Positions 42,575 through 50,963 of a stretch of 64,000 bases of DNA are shown here, piece by piece. Numbering within the stretch: position 1 is the first letter of the stretch; the number at the start of each line of letters is the position of its first letter. This DNA comes from a bacterium (lineage in GTDB: Bacteria > Desulfobacterota > Deferrisomatia > Deferrisomatales > BM512), in NCBI GenBank assembly GCA_004322275.1, contig SCTA01000040.1:6138-70137 (forward strand). The letters run 5' to 3'. The notes beneath the pieces are model-generated. The model ran no database searches. It was not told the origin of the DNA and worked only from the letters and a program-made list of their open reading frames with translations. Made by a program: the position numbers and the translations under genes.

Positions 42575-43021
42575 TTGATTTTGGAGATAGAGAGAAAATT
42601 CCTCGTCCTGAAGGAGAAACTTCCCCCTCTGGGAGAAGGGGAAAAGATTCTGCAGGCGTATCTCGGCCTCGACCCGGTGGTGCGCGTCCGCGTGACCGGA
42701 CAGAAGGGCATACTTACCGTCAAGGGCAAGGGGCTCCTTTCGAGGCAGGAGATAGAAACCGGAATCGAACGTGAAAAAGCCCTCGCCCTGCTTAAACTTC
42801 GCGTCGCGGGGAGCAGGGTTATCGAGAAAACGCGGCATATAATTACACACGGCGGCAAAAAATGGGAACTCGACCTTTTCGAGGGAGAACTTGCCGGACT
42901 TGTCGTCGCCGAAATCGAACTTGAAGCGGAGGATGAAGAGTTCACCCTTCCGCCCTGGGCCGGAAGCGAAGTGACTTTCGATCCCCGTTACCAAAACGCC
43001 AATATGGCGGGAATGAAATAA
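42575..43021 (+). CDS. CYTH-domain protein (class IV adenylate cyclase / triphosphatase fold)
   Basis: N-terminal ExExK signature (EIERKFLV), plus VRVRV... and AEIELE acidic strands. The start codon is TTG. Confidence 0.8.
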   Translation: MILEIERKFLVLKEKLPPLGEGEKILQAYLGLDPVVRVRVTGQKGILTVKGKGLLSRQEIETGIEREKALALLKLRVAGSRVIEKTRHIITHGGKKWELDLFEGELAGLVVAEIELEAEDEEFTLPPWAGSEVTFDPRYQNANMAGMK

Positions 43022-43022
43022 C

Positions 43023-43379
43023 ATGGAAACCATTGTAAGACCCCTCGACGTAATCGGGGTGTACATCGACGAAAAGCTCGCCTTCTTCGCGAGGGTCGAG
43101 GAGATATCTCCCGACGTAAAACCGGGATGGCGGAAAATGCGCTTTTTAATCCTCAACCCGGCTATCGAAGAGCGCGAAATGACCTGGATACTGCAACCCT
43201 CGCAGATAAACGGCGAACCCTACTCGATGGAGGGCATTCCCGTCCGCATCGAGCGTCTACCCGACCCAGTCCCGGCCGCAACTGAGTCTCCCCCCGAAGA
43301 GGAGCCTCCCGCCCGTAAGGAAAAAACGGAAAAAACCGCGAGAGTGATAGAGTTTCCGGGCCGGAGAGAGAAACATTGA
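43023..43379 (+). CDS. Hypothetical protein
   Basis: 118 aa, sandwiched with 1-nt and 4-nt junctions between the CYTH and RluA-family genes. No motif was recognised. Confidence 0.5.
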   Translation: METIVRPLDVIGVYIDEKLAFFARVEEISPDVKPGWRKMRFLILNPAIEEREMTWILQPSQINGEPYSMEGIPVRIERLPDPVPAATESPPEEEPPARKEKTEKTARVIEFPGRREKH

Positions 43380-44332
43380 AAAGAGAAGGTGAAAGAAAGA
43401 GCGCCCCGAGGCAGTCGAGGATACAGGGAACGCCCTTCACCGTGGTCTACGAGGACAAGGACATCCTCGTGGCCAACAAGAAGGCGGGCATCCTGACGGT
43501 TCCAATTCCCGGAAAGAGCTCGAAGAACCTCGAAGAGATAATCAACAATTACCTCCTCTCCCAGAAACGCTCGGCGCAGGCCGTACACCGCATAGACCGC
43601 TTCACCTCCGGCCTCGTCGTCTTCGGCAAGGGGAGAAACGCCTGGGGCAAGCTGGTGGAGCAGTTTAAGGAGCACACCCCCGAGCGCGTCTACCTCGCGG
43701 TGGTGCGCGGCGTTCCCAGGAAGGACGAGGGCACCCTCCGCCACCAGCTAAAGCTGACCAAGAACGGCTTTCGCCAGCTTGTAGTGAAAACCGACGGCAC
43801 ACTAGCGATAACCCACTACAAGGTTCTGGAGAAATTCGACGGCGCTTCGCTTCTTGAGGTGCGCCTTGAGACCGGCCTCAAAAACCAGATTCGCGTCCAG
43901 TTCCGGGCCATCGGCAATCCGCTGGTCGGCGACCGCCACTACAGCCCCGGCGAGGAGGAAGAGGTGCTGCTCGATCGTCAGGCCCTTCACGCCTGGAAAC
44001 TGTCCTTCAAGCACCCCACCGAGGGCAGGATAGTCTCCTTTGAAGCCCCTCTCCCGCAGGACATGGAGTCGCTGATCGCGCGGCTCCGCAAAGGCGGCGC
44101 CAAAAGAAAAGAAGCTCCCCAAGCGAAAGATACTCCTTCGCGTAAAGAAACCGCTCCGAGGAAAGAGGCTCCTCCGAAGAAGGAAGCCCCTCCGAAGAAG
44201 GAAGCCCCTCCGAAGAAGGAAGCCCCTCCGAAGAAAGAAGCCCCTCCGAAGAAAGAGCCGCCAAACAGGTTCAAAAAATCGATGCGCGGAGAGCCTGTCA
44301 AGAAGAAGCGTACGGCGAGGGTCAAGCCGTAA
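43376..44332 (+). CDS. RluA-family pseudouridine synthase with KKEAPP-repeat tail
   Basis: Catalytic motif HRIDRFTSGLVVFGK and the NQIRVQF motif. The C-terminal ~70 aa is Lys/Pro/Glu-rich with five tandem KKEAPP units. Confidence 0.88.
   Translation: MKREGERKSAPRQSRIQGTPFTVVYEDKDILVANKKAGILTVPIPGKSSKNLEEIINNYLLSQKRSAQAVHRIDRFTSGLVVFGKGRNAWGKLVEQFKEHTPERVYLAVVRGVPRKDEGTLRHQLKLTKNGFRQLVVKTDGTLAITHYKVLEKFDGASLLEVRLETGLKNQIRVQFRAIGNPLVGDRHYSPGEEEEVLLDRQALHAWKLSFKHPTEGRIVSFEAPLPQDMESLIARLRKGGAKRKEAPQAKDTPSRKETAPRKEAPPKKEAPPKKEAPPKKEAPPKKEAPPKKEPPNRFKKSMRGEPVKKKRTARVKP
44145..44262 (+). repeat. Coding 18-bp tandem repeat (KKEAPP x5-6)
   Basis: GAAGCCCCTCCGAAGAAG is reiterated head-to-tail with minor variants. 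Confidence 0.85.
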
Positions 44333-44349
44333 TTTCCGGCAAACTATTT

Positions 44350-44454
44350 CGGTGAAGGGCAAGGAGTCCGCAGGGCGCGCGACGAGCAGTACCGTTTATA
44401 CGGCGAGGAGCGCGCCCGAGAAACGACGCCGCCCTTCGCCGAAAGAGGAAGCCG
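44350..44454 (-). repeat. Intergenic repeat, subfamily B copy
   Basis: Its reverse complement aligns with 28320-28452 (shared blocks CGGCTTC, GGCGAAG, CGCGCTCCTCG, TCGTCGCGC, CTGCGG.CTCCT.GCCC). It fills the gap between two convergent genes. Confidence 0.6.
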
Positions 44455-44457
44455 GAC

Positions 44458-45741
44458 TTAGAGGTTGGCTCCGTAGATAAGAACGTTTTCCGGTATCACC
44501 TGCCCGCTCGGCTGATGCCTCCACTCCCTCCTCTCCAGCGCGAAGGGAATGTACAAAAGGCGCGCGCGCAGAATCCTGAACTCCGTAGTGGCGATCAGCG
44601 GCAGCCGGTTTTTCTTGTCCATAACCATTGACGAAAGGATTACCGGGAGGGCTTCGACCGCCTCCTTCAGCGAAAGCCTCACCGGCTCCGCGTTTATCTT
44701 CCCCTTCTCGGGCCTCGGCGGGCCGTGTTCGCCGGTAAAAAAGAGGGTGGCGATCTTTCCGAGGCGCAGGAATATCTTAGATTTTATCTTGAAACCCGGG
44801 ATCAGGGCCGAGCAGTTGTCCGAACCCCACTCTTTAGGCGTTATCCGGTAGGGGGTGGCCCAGAGGGCGAGGTCAGCCCTGCTCTTGAGCCCTATGGACT
44901 CCGCCGAAAAGTCCAGCTGCCAGAAGGGGAAGAGCCTCTGCCCCTCTCCCAGTTCGCCGAGAAGGGCAAAGGGCATCTCTCCGAACTTCTCTCCCCTCGT
45001 CCACCAGGCCTTCGCGCAGTTCGGGCACAGAAGCACCTCCGCGCCGTGGTCGGGGGGCAGAGCCCCCGCGCAATTGGGGCAGATGAGCGGCAAAAACCTC
45101 ATCGGGGCGTGGTTTCCGGCCTTTCCCAGCGCCTCTTTAAGCGCGCCCGCTTCACCCTGAGTGAGGCAGTACTGCCGCCCGTCCGGAAAAGCCTCCCGGA
45201 GACAGACTTTTTCCCCTTCCTCCCTGAGCGCGAAAGGGGCGTGGACGATTACGGCGGTCTCGCCGATGAGCCGGGACATGAGCTGGTCCACGCGCACGCC
45301 GAAGACCTTGTCCACGGCGCTGCCGTCGATGGCTTTTTCCACGGGGATGTCGGTTTGAGGGGTGTTTTTGGGCCAGTTGGTGAGGGTGAGCTGCCAGGCC
45401 TGGGGGCGCACGCCCAGACTCACCCCCTCAGGCAGGAGGGAGGTGGCGGGGGCGGTGGAATCGAGAAGATGGGCCTCGACCTCGCCCGTTTCGCTGAAGA
45501 CCTTGTAGCGGAGGCCCTTCAACCTCCAGAAGGGCAGGTAGATTATCTCCTCCCCTCGAAACTCGTCTACGACGGGCAGGCGGTAACCGAGCGGGCCGTC
45601 CTGAACTATGTAGAGGCTGGTTTTACAGTAGCGGCAGGAGAGGACCCTGTCGCCCACTTCGACTTCGACCTTGGCCCCGCACTGCGGGCAGGTCCCGACT
45701 GCTTCCCAAGCGGGGGAATTGCCTGACTCTTCCTCCGCCAC
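44458..45741 (-). CDS. Hypothetical protein with internally duplicated zinc-ribbon module
   Basis: There are two copies of [CPxCG...CxxC ribbon followed by an aromatic PFW motif]: CPQCGAKV...CRYCKT...YLPFWRL and CPNCAGAL...CPNCAKAWW...LFPFWQL. Confidence 0.6.
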   Translation of the reverse strand: MAEEESGNSPAWEAVGTCPQCGAKVEVEVGDRVLSCRYCKTSLYIVQDGPLGYRLPVVDEFRGEEIIYLPFWRLKGLRYKVFSETGEVEAHLLDSTAPATSLLPEGVSLGVRPQAWQLTLTNWPKNTPQTDIPVEKAIDGSAVDKVFGVRVDQLMSRLIGETAVIVHAPFALREEGEKVCLREAFPDGRQYCLTQGEAGALKEALGKAGNHAPMRFLPLICPNCAGALPPDHGAEVLLCPNCAKAWWTRGEKFGEMPFALLGELGEGQRLFPFWQLDFSAESIGLKSRADLALWATPYRITPKEWGSDNCSALIPGFKIKSKIFLRLGKIATLFFTGEHGPPRPEKGKINAEPVRLSLKEAVEALPVILSSMVMDKKNRLPLIATTEFRILRARLLYIPFALERREWRHQPSGQVIPENVLIYGANL

Positions 45742-45755
45742 TTATGAGTCTCCCG

Positions 45756-46889
45756 TCAGCCCAGGGACTGTCCGCACTGGTTGCAAAAGGAGGCTTCCAT
45801 CAGGTTTTTCGCACCGCAGTGGGTACAAACCTTGTCATGGATCGGAGTGGAGGCGGGAACCCCGCACGCAGGGCAGAATTTCGCCCTCGGGGAGATGTTT
45901 TTCCCGCACTCGGCGCACTTTTTCAGCACCACTATCTGGCTTCCGCAATGGCAGCAGAACCGCGCGTCACGGCTCACCTCCCCTCCGCAGTCCGGGCAGA
46001 CGGACATATTTTCGGCTCTGCCCTTTTCCGGGGAAAGCATTCCTCCGAAAAGGCCCGGAACCACCATTCCCATGCCCATGCCGAGACCCATCCCCATCCC
46101 TCCGGCCTGAGCGCCCCCCTCCGAAGCGCCTTTTTCAAGCGCCATCGCCATCTTCATCTTCAGGAGGTCGTCAAGTCTTCCCCCGATCGCTCCGAGGCGA
46201 GTGCGCTCGTCTATAGCCTTTTGCACCTCGTCGGGAGGGGTTATGGCGTTTATGAAAAGAGACTTCAGCGAAAGGCCGTAGCGCGCGAAATCGGCAACCA
46301 ACCGCTTTTGCAGCCCTTCCGCTATCTCCTCGTAGAGGGCCGGGAGGTTAAGGAGGGTGTCGAGCTTTTCGCCGAGGAGGTCGTTCAGGCGCGAGACTAT
46401 AACCTGTGCCAGATAGCTTTCAAGATCGGCGATGTCATAGCTCGCCTTCGTCCCGACGATGGAGTTCACGAAGAGCACGGGCTGGACGACCTGGACGTTA
46501 AAGACACCGTGAGCGCGGAGGCGAACTAACCCCAATTCGTTGTCCCGAAAGGCCACGGGGTCTCTGGTGCCCCAGCCGAGGTTCACGAAATCTTTCAGGT
46601 TTACGAAATAGGCTTCGGCGCGGAAGGGACTTCTCATCCCCCACGGAATCGCCAGCATCTTGTTCAATACAGGAAGGTTTTTGGTGGTGAGGGTGTGCCT
46701 GCCGGGGCCGAGGGCGTCGCAGGCGGTTCCCTCGGAGTAAAAGACCGCGGCCTGGCTCTCCCGGACGGTTAGCTGCGCGCCGAACTTTATCTCGCCGGAG
46801 CCCTTTTCGGGAATCCTGTGGGCCACGGTTTTGCCCGAATTGTCAAACCATTCGAGTACTTCCAGAAAGACGAGGTTGTCCGTCCCCAT
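45756..46889 (-). CDS. SPFH/band-7 domain protein with three C-terminal zinc ribbons (YdjI/COG4260-like)
   Basis: The N-terminal SPFH-like region (IKFGAQLTVRESQAAVFY...GRHTLTT) is followed by a Gly/Met-rich linker and the zinc ribbons CPDCGG..CCHCG, CAECG..CPACG, CTHCG..CNQCG. Confidence 0.78.
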   Translation of the reverse strand: MGTDNLVFLEVLEWFDNSGKTVAHRIPEKGSGEIKFGAQLTVRESQAAVFYSEGTACDALGPGRHTLTTKNLPVLNKMLAIPWGMRSPFRAEAYFVNLKDFVNLGWGTRDPVAFRDNELGLVRLRAHGVFNVQVVQPVLFVNSIVGTKASYDIADLESYLAQVIVSRLNDLLGEKLDTLLNLPALYEEIAEGLQKRLVADFARYGLSLKSLFINAITPPDEVQKAIDERTRLGAIGGRLDDLLKMKMAMALEKGASEGGAQAGGMGMGLGMGMGMVVPGLFGGMLSPEKGRAENMSVCPDCGGEVSRDARFCCHCGSQIVVLKKCAECGKNISPRAKFCPACGVPASTPIHDKVCTHCGAKNLMEASFCNQCGQSLG

Positions 46890-46922
46890 GAAATTTCTCC
46901 CGCAAAGGAAAATACCGGATTG

Positions 46923-47303
46923 TTAGTGGGATTCGCCCGCGCCGTAGTGTCTTTTCAGGACGTTGGCTATCTGTACCTTGAGTTCGTCAAGCGAGGTGGA
47001 CTTGACGACGTAGCCCTCGGCAAGCCAAGTGGAACAGTCGTCCTTGTAGGCCCCGTACGCAGTGGAAAGCACGACCGGAAGGCGCGGGTGATTTCTCGAT
47101 ATTTCCTGAAGGACGTGAAGGCCGCTCTCGCGCCTTAGCTTGATATCGAGCACGACGACGTGAACGGGCTCTTCGCTGATAATTTTAAAGGCCTCCGCCC
47201 CGGTCTCGGCGGAGCGGACGTTGTACCCCTCCTCCTCAAGCTCCATCTGGTAAAGGGCACGGATGCTCTTTTCGTCGTCTACAACAAGCACCGTATATTT
47301 CAT
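46923..47303 (-). CDS. Single-domain response regulator (CheY-like receiver)
   Basis: VLVVDDE, a phospho-acceptor region VVVLDIKL, and T/K positions (LSTAYG...K). There is no output domain. Confidence 0.88.
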   Translation of the reverse strand: MKYTVLVVDDEKSIRALYQMELEEEGYNVRSAETGAEAFKIISEEPVHVVVLDIKLRRESGLHVLQEISRNHPRLPVVLSTAYGAYKDDCSTWLAEGYVVKSTSLDELKVQIANVLKRHYGAGESH

Positions 47304-47422
47304 AAGGGTCTCCGTCAGAGTAAAAAGATACCTTCTTTATCCTAACACCCGTGAAAATCCAGTCAACCCCTTTGTAACCCCGGCGCACCATGAATTGCAA
47401 CAGGGGAGCGGGATACGGGACA

Positions 47423-50047
47423 CTAATTGTGACTGGCGAGTCTCTTTTTCACCCAGGCGATCTCTTCTTCCCTCGTCGAAATTGCTCCGTCGAGGCGTGC
47501 GCCGAGAAGCTCCGAGAGCAATTTTTTGTAGTCGGGGCCGGGAGGAACCCCCATCTTTCCGAGGTCCTTGCCTCCGAGCAGTGTTTTTGCGTTCACGAGG
47601 CGCGTGTAATACCTGCTGAGCGCCTTTCGCTTGGACTCGTCGCGCGTCTTCGCCATCGCCCACAGAAGAGTGATATCTCCGTAAGCGCTGCAAATCCCGT
47701 AAATCCTTGAATCCGGTATGAAATCGCCGGATTTCGAGGTGCGAAGGGCCAGCAAAAGCGCGTTTCCTTCCTTCCACACTTTTTTAAGTTCCTCTCCCTC
47801 GGCGTTTTCTATGTTGAACTCCCTCAGAAAGGTGTCCAGCTCGGCGTCGTCCAGCGGTTCGAGCAGCGCGAGCATTACGAGTTTCCACGCCTCCACCTTC
47901 CTTTCGAGGAAGAGGAGCGAGAACCACGATACGACCTCGTCCACCGCCGAAAGTTTCTGGAGCGCCTTGTCGTTCAGAACAATCCTGGGGTGAAAGCTCT
48001 GAAGGCAGCCGTATTTATTCAGGACGTTCAGCCCCTTCATGGGCTCCACTTCCTCAAGGAGGCTCCGCCACTCCCTAAAGAGCCTCCTGCCGCGCGAACG
48101 GGAAAGAAAGCCGCCGCTTACCGCGCTCTTCAGCAGCTTTTCGGTCTGCGTCCCGAGGCGGAAGCCGAAGCGCTCCGAAAATCTCAGGGCCCGAAGGATT
48201 CTTGTTGGGTCGTCCACGAAGGAGAGGTTGTGGAGTATACGGACCGTCCCCTCCTTGAGGTCGCGAAGTCCGCCGAAAAAATCTATCACGTCGCCGAAAC
48301 GCGAGGGCTCCAGTCTGACGGCGATGGTGTTTATGGTGAAGTCCCTGCGGTAGAGGTCGAGCTTGAGACTCGATTCCTCCACGGTGGGGAGGGCGGCGGG
48401 GCGTTTGTAGTACTCGGTCCTCGCGGTGGCGAAATCGATGGAAAAACCGTCTTTGAAGGTCATCTTGGCGGTGGAGAAGGGGCGGTGTTCGCGGACTTTC
48501 GCGCCCCAGAGTCCGGCGGCCTTTTTCGCGAGGGCGATGGCGTCGCCCTCGACGACTATGTCTACGTCGAGGTTTTTCCTGTGAAGTAGAAGGTCGCGCA
48601 CCAGCCCGCCGACAAGATAGGCCTGCATCCCCTCCGAAACCGCCAGCTCGCCGAGGGCCTTGAGTTTTCCAAAGACGTCCGGGGTCAGCAGCTCCTCCAT
48701 AGCCCTTTTGGCGGACCGCACGGTCGAACTTTTCGGCGGGCTGAGGGGCTCCATGCGCTCGTCGCGGGTGAGGACTTCGAGGATATCGGTTCTGGTTATC
48801 GCGCCGATGAGAGTCTCCTCCTCGACCACGGGCAGGAACCGGAGGCGCTTGTCCACGATGAGGGCGCGGAGGGTGTCGAAGCCGGTATCGGGCGAGACGG
48901 TGGAGAATTCCGAGGTCATGTACTCCTCGGCGGGCGCTCCCGAAAGTCCGTGGGCTATCGCGCGCTCCACCACCATTCTCGTGATAATTCCGGCTATTTT
49001 TCCCTCTTTCAGCACCGGCATGGCGTTTACGTGGTACCTGTTCAGCGATTCCCTGACGCCCTCAAGGGTGGCCTTTACGTCCACGGTCTTAACGGGTGAG
49101 GAAAGGATGTCGCGGGCGGTTATCTTCGGCTTTACGAAGAAGGGAAGGATTTTTTCAAGCTCTTCCTCGACCTGAATGGGGGTGAGGTCGCGGATAGCAG
49201 CCGAAGCGGCCTCGCGGTGGCCTCCCCCCCCGAAGTGTTTCGCAATTATGGATACGTCTGCCTCCGGCAGGCGGCTTCTGGCCACGAGTATCACCCTGCC
49301 TTCCATGGAGACGCTCATAATCAGCACGTCGATGTTCTCTATCTCGCAGATCTTGTGAGCGAGCGCCGCCACGTCCCCGAGATAATGAGAAACGGAGGCG
49401 ACGGCGGTAGTCACCTTCACGCCGTTAAAGGCGCGCGTAACCATGCTTTTTAGAAGGTCGTCCAGCAGGGCGACCTCCTCGGCGGTCATCTCCGGCTCCA
49501 GAAATCCCGTCACCGCCGAAAGATCGGCGCCCATCTCCAGAAGTTTTCCCGCCGCGTAAAAATCCCTCGGCGTCGTGGCTGAAAAGGTCAGCTTTCCGGT
49601 GTCCTCGAAGATTCCGAGAAGCATTACCGTCGCCTCGGCGGGCTCTATGGGGATTTTTTTCTCCAGCAGGAGCTCCACCATCAGTGTCGTCGTAGCGCCG
49701 ACCATTTCGACCTTGCCAAAATCGGCCCTGATGACCTCGCTCCCTTCCGGGTGGTGGTCGTAGAGGTGGACCTCGACGCCTTTCTTGCCCAGAAGCTCCG
49801 CGAATTTTCCGATGCGGCCGGGGTCTCCCACGTCAACGATGATCAGCCGGGTGATTTTACCAAGGTCGATGCGTTTGGCGGATTCAAACCCGGCGGCGTA
49901 GATCGAGGAGGCGAGAAAGAAATTCCTTAGGCTCTTTTCCTGCGAGCCGGGAAAGGAGAGAAGCGCCTCCGGGTAGAGCTTTTTGGCCGCGACCATAGAC
50001 CCGAGCGCGTCGAAATCCGAGTTTACGTGGGTAGTTATGACTTCCAA
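47423..50047 (-). CDS. DHH/DHHA1 phosphoesterase - CBS pair - tRNA nucleotidyltransferase/poly(A) polymerase fusion
   Basis: N-terminal DHH motifs (HVNSDFDALGS, DHH at LYDHHPEG, GGGH), tandem CBS domains, then the nucleotidyltransferase head domain (LVGGLVRDLLL...DVDIVVEGD) and an RNA-binding body. Confidence 0.88.
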   Translation of the reverse strand: MEVITTHVNSDFDALGSMVAAKKLYPEALLSFPGSQEKSLRNFFLASSIYAAGFESAKRIDLGKITRLIIVDVGDPGRIGKFAELLGKKGVEVHLYDHHPEGSEVIRADFGKVEMVGATTTLMVELLLEKKIPIEPAEATVMLLGIFEDTGKLTFSATTPRDFYAAGKLLEMGADLSAVTGFLEPEMTAEEVALLDDLLKSMVTRAFNGVKVTTAVASVSHYLGDVAALAHKICEIENIDVLIMSVSMEGRVILVARSRLPEADVSIIAKHFGGGGHREAASAAIRDLTPIQVEEELEKILPFFVKPKITARDILSSPVKTVDVKATLEGVRESLNRYHVNAMPVLKEGKIAGIITRMVVERAIAHGLSGAPAEEYMTSEFSTVSPDTGFDTLRALIVDKRLRFLPVVEEETLIGAITRTDILEVLTRDERMEPLSPPKSSTVRSAKRAMEELLTPDVFGKLKALGELAVSEGMQAYLVGGLVRDLLLHRKNLDVDIVVEGDAIALAKKAAGLWGAKVREHRPFSTAKMTFKDGFSIDFATARTEYYKRPAALPTVEESSLKLDLYRRDFTINTIAVRLEPSRFGDVIDFFGGLRDLKEGTVRILHNLSFVDDPTRILRALRFSERFGFRLGTQTEKLLKSAVSGGFLSRSRGRRLFREWRSLLEEVEPMKGLNVLNKYGCLQSFHPRIVLNDKALQKLSAVDEVVSWFSLLFLERKVEAWKLVMLALLEPLDDAELDTFLREFNIENAEGEELKKVWKEGNALLLALRTSKSGDFIPDSRIYGICSAYGDITLLWAMAKTRDESKRKALSRYYTRLVNAKTLLGGKDLGKMGVPPGPDYKKLLSELLGARLDGAISTREEEIAWVKKRLASHN

Positions 50048-50048
50048 A

Positions 50049-50963
50049 CTACCCTCCCCTCGGATGGTGCTTTTTTACCATAGTGCGCAGGTGGTCGCGC
50101 GAAAGGTGGGTGTAAATCTGGGTGGTCGAGAGGTCGGCGTGGCCGAGCATCATCTGGAGGCTGCGAAGATCCGCCCCGCCCTCCAGAAGGTGGGAGGCGA
50201 AGGAGTGGCGCAGGGTGTGGGGGCTGGTGTCGCCGGGGATCCCGGCCCTCCGGCACCCTTCCTTCACCAGCTTCCAGGCGCTCTGCCGAGAGATGGCCTT
50301 GCCGAACCTGTTAAGGAAGAGTACGTCGGTCGCCCTCTTTCCCTTGGCGAAAGCGGGCCTTCCCCCCGCGAGGTAAAGCTCTATCGCTTCCTTGGCCCTC
50401 TTGCCTATCGGGACTACCCTCTCCTTGGAGCCTTTGCCCATAGTTCTGATAAAGCCGGCGTTCAGCTCCACCCCCGCTATCCTAAGCGAGCATATTTCCG
50501 ATACCCTGAGGCCGGCGCCGTAGAGGAGCTCCAGCATCGCCCTGTCCCGAAGCCCCTTCGGAGTACTCCCCTCGGGGCTCTCCACAAGCGCCTCGGCCTG
50601 TTCCCGCGTCAGGGTCTTGGGGAGGGAGCGCCACTGGCGGAGGGATTCGAGCCTTTCCATCGGGCTTTTGTCCGTAATCCCCTCGCGTATGAGAACCTTG
50701 TAGAAGGTGCGAAGGGCCGACATCCTGCGGGCCATCGACCGGGGTTCAATACCGCGCAGGCTCTCGGATTTGAGAAAGTCCATCACGTCTCTGGCCTGAG
50801 CCTTCTCCGGCGGGATGTTTCCGCTCTTTTTGAGCGCGGTGAAGAAAGCCCGCAGGTCGCGGGCGTAGGCGTCCACGGTGTTTTTTGAAAGCGAGCGCTC
50901 GACGATGAGGTAATTGAGGAAAAAATCCAGAAGATTGTCGGGAGACTTTGCGTCTCCCCTCAT
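50049..50963 (-). CDS. xerD: Tyrosine recombinase, XerC/XerD family (XerD-like C-terminus)
   Basis: HTLRHSFASHLLEGGADLRSLQMMLGHADLSTTQIYTH...HHPR. The ATG at 50963 overlaps the TGA of the upstream kinase gene (ATGA). Confidence 0.85.
   Translation of the reverse strand: MRGDAKSPDNLLDFFLNYLIVERSLSKNTVDAYARDLRAFFTALKKSGNIPPEKAQARDVMDFLKSESLRGIEPRSMARRMSALRTFYKVLIREGITDKSPMERLESLRQWRSLPKTLTREQAEALVESPEGSTPKGLRDRAMLELLYGAGLRVSEICSLRIAGVELNAGFIRTMGKGSKERVVPIGKRAKEAIELYLAGGRPAFAKGKRATDVLFLNRFGKAISRQSAWKLVKEGCRRAGIPGDTSPHTLRHSFASHLLEGGADLRSLQMMLGHADLSTTQIYTHLSRDHLRTMVKKHHPRGG

Noticed and set aside
44145-44262. I considered whether the tandem 18-bp repeats, or the GGN repeats at 6775-6931, could be a CRISPR array or minisatellite locus.
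   Set aside because: The repeats are contiguous without spacers, in frame, and inside well-supported genes. No repeat-spacer architecture or cas genes occur anywhere in the window.
47381-47400. A sigma54 promoter-like sequence (GGCGCACCATGAATTGCA) lies in the gap between the CCA-enzyme and response-regulator genes.
   Set aside because: The GG-to-GC spacing is off by my count (GCAC to TTGC is 10 instead of 9). The motif is also on the plus strand, pointing away from the minus-strand gene it would have to drive.
50049-50963. I considered whether the tyrosine recombinase marks an integrated mobile element or genomic island.
   Set aside because: The C-terminus is XerD-like (housekeeping chromosome dimer resolution). 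The gene is translationally coupled to flanking core genes. No att-like direct repeats, tRNA target, phage, IS or conjugation genes are nearby.
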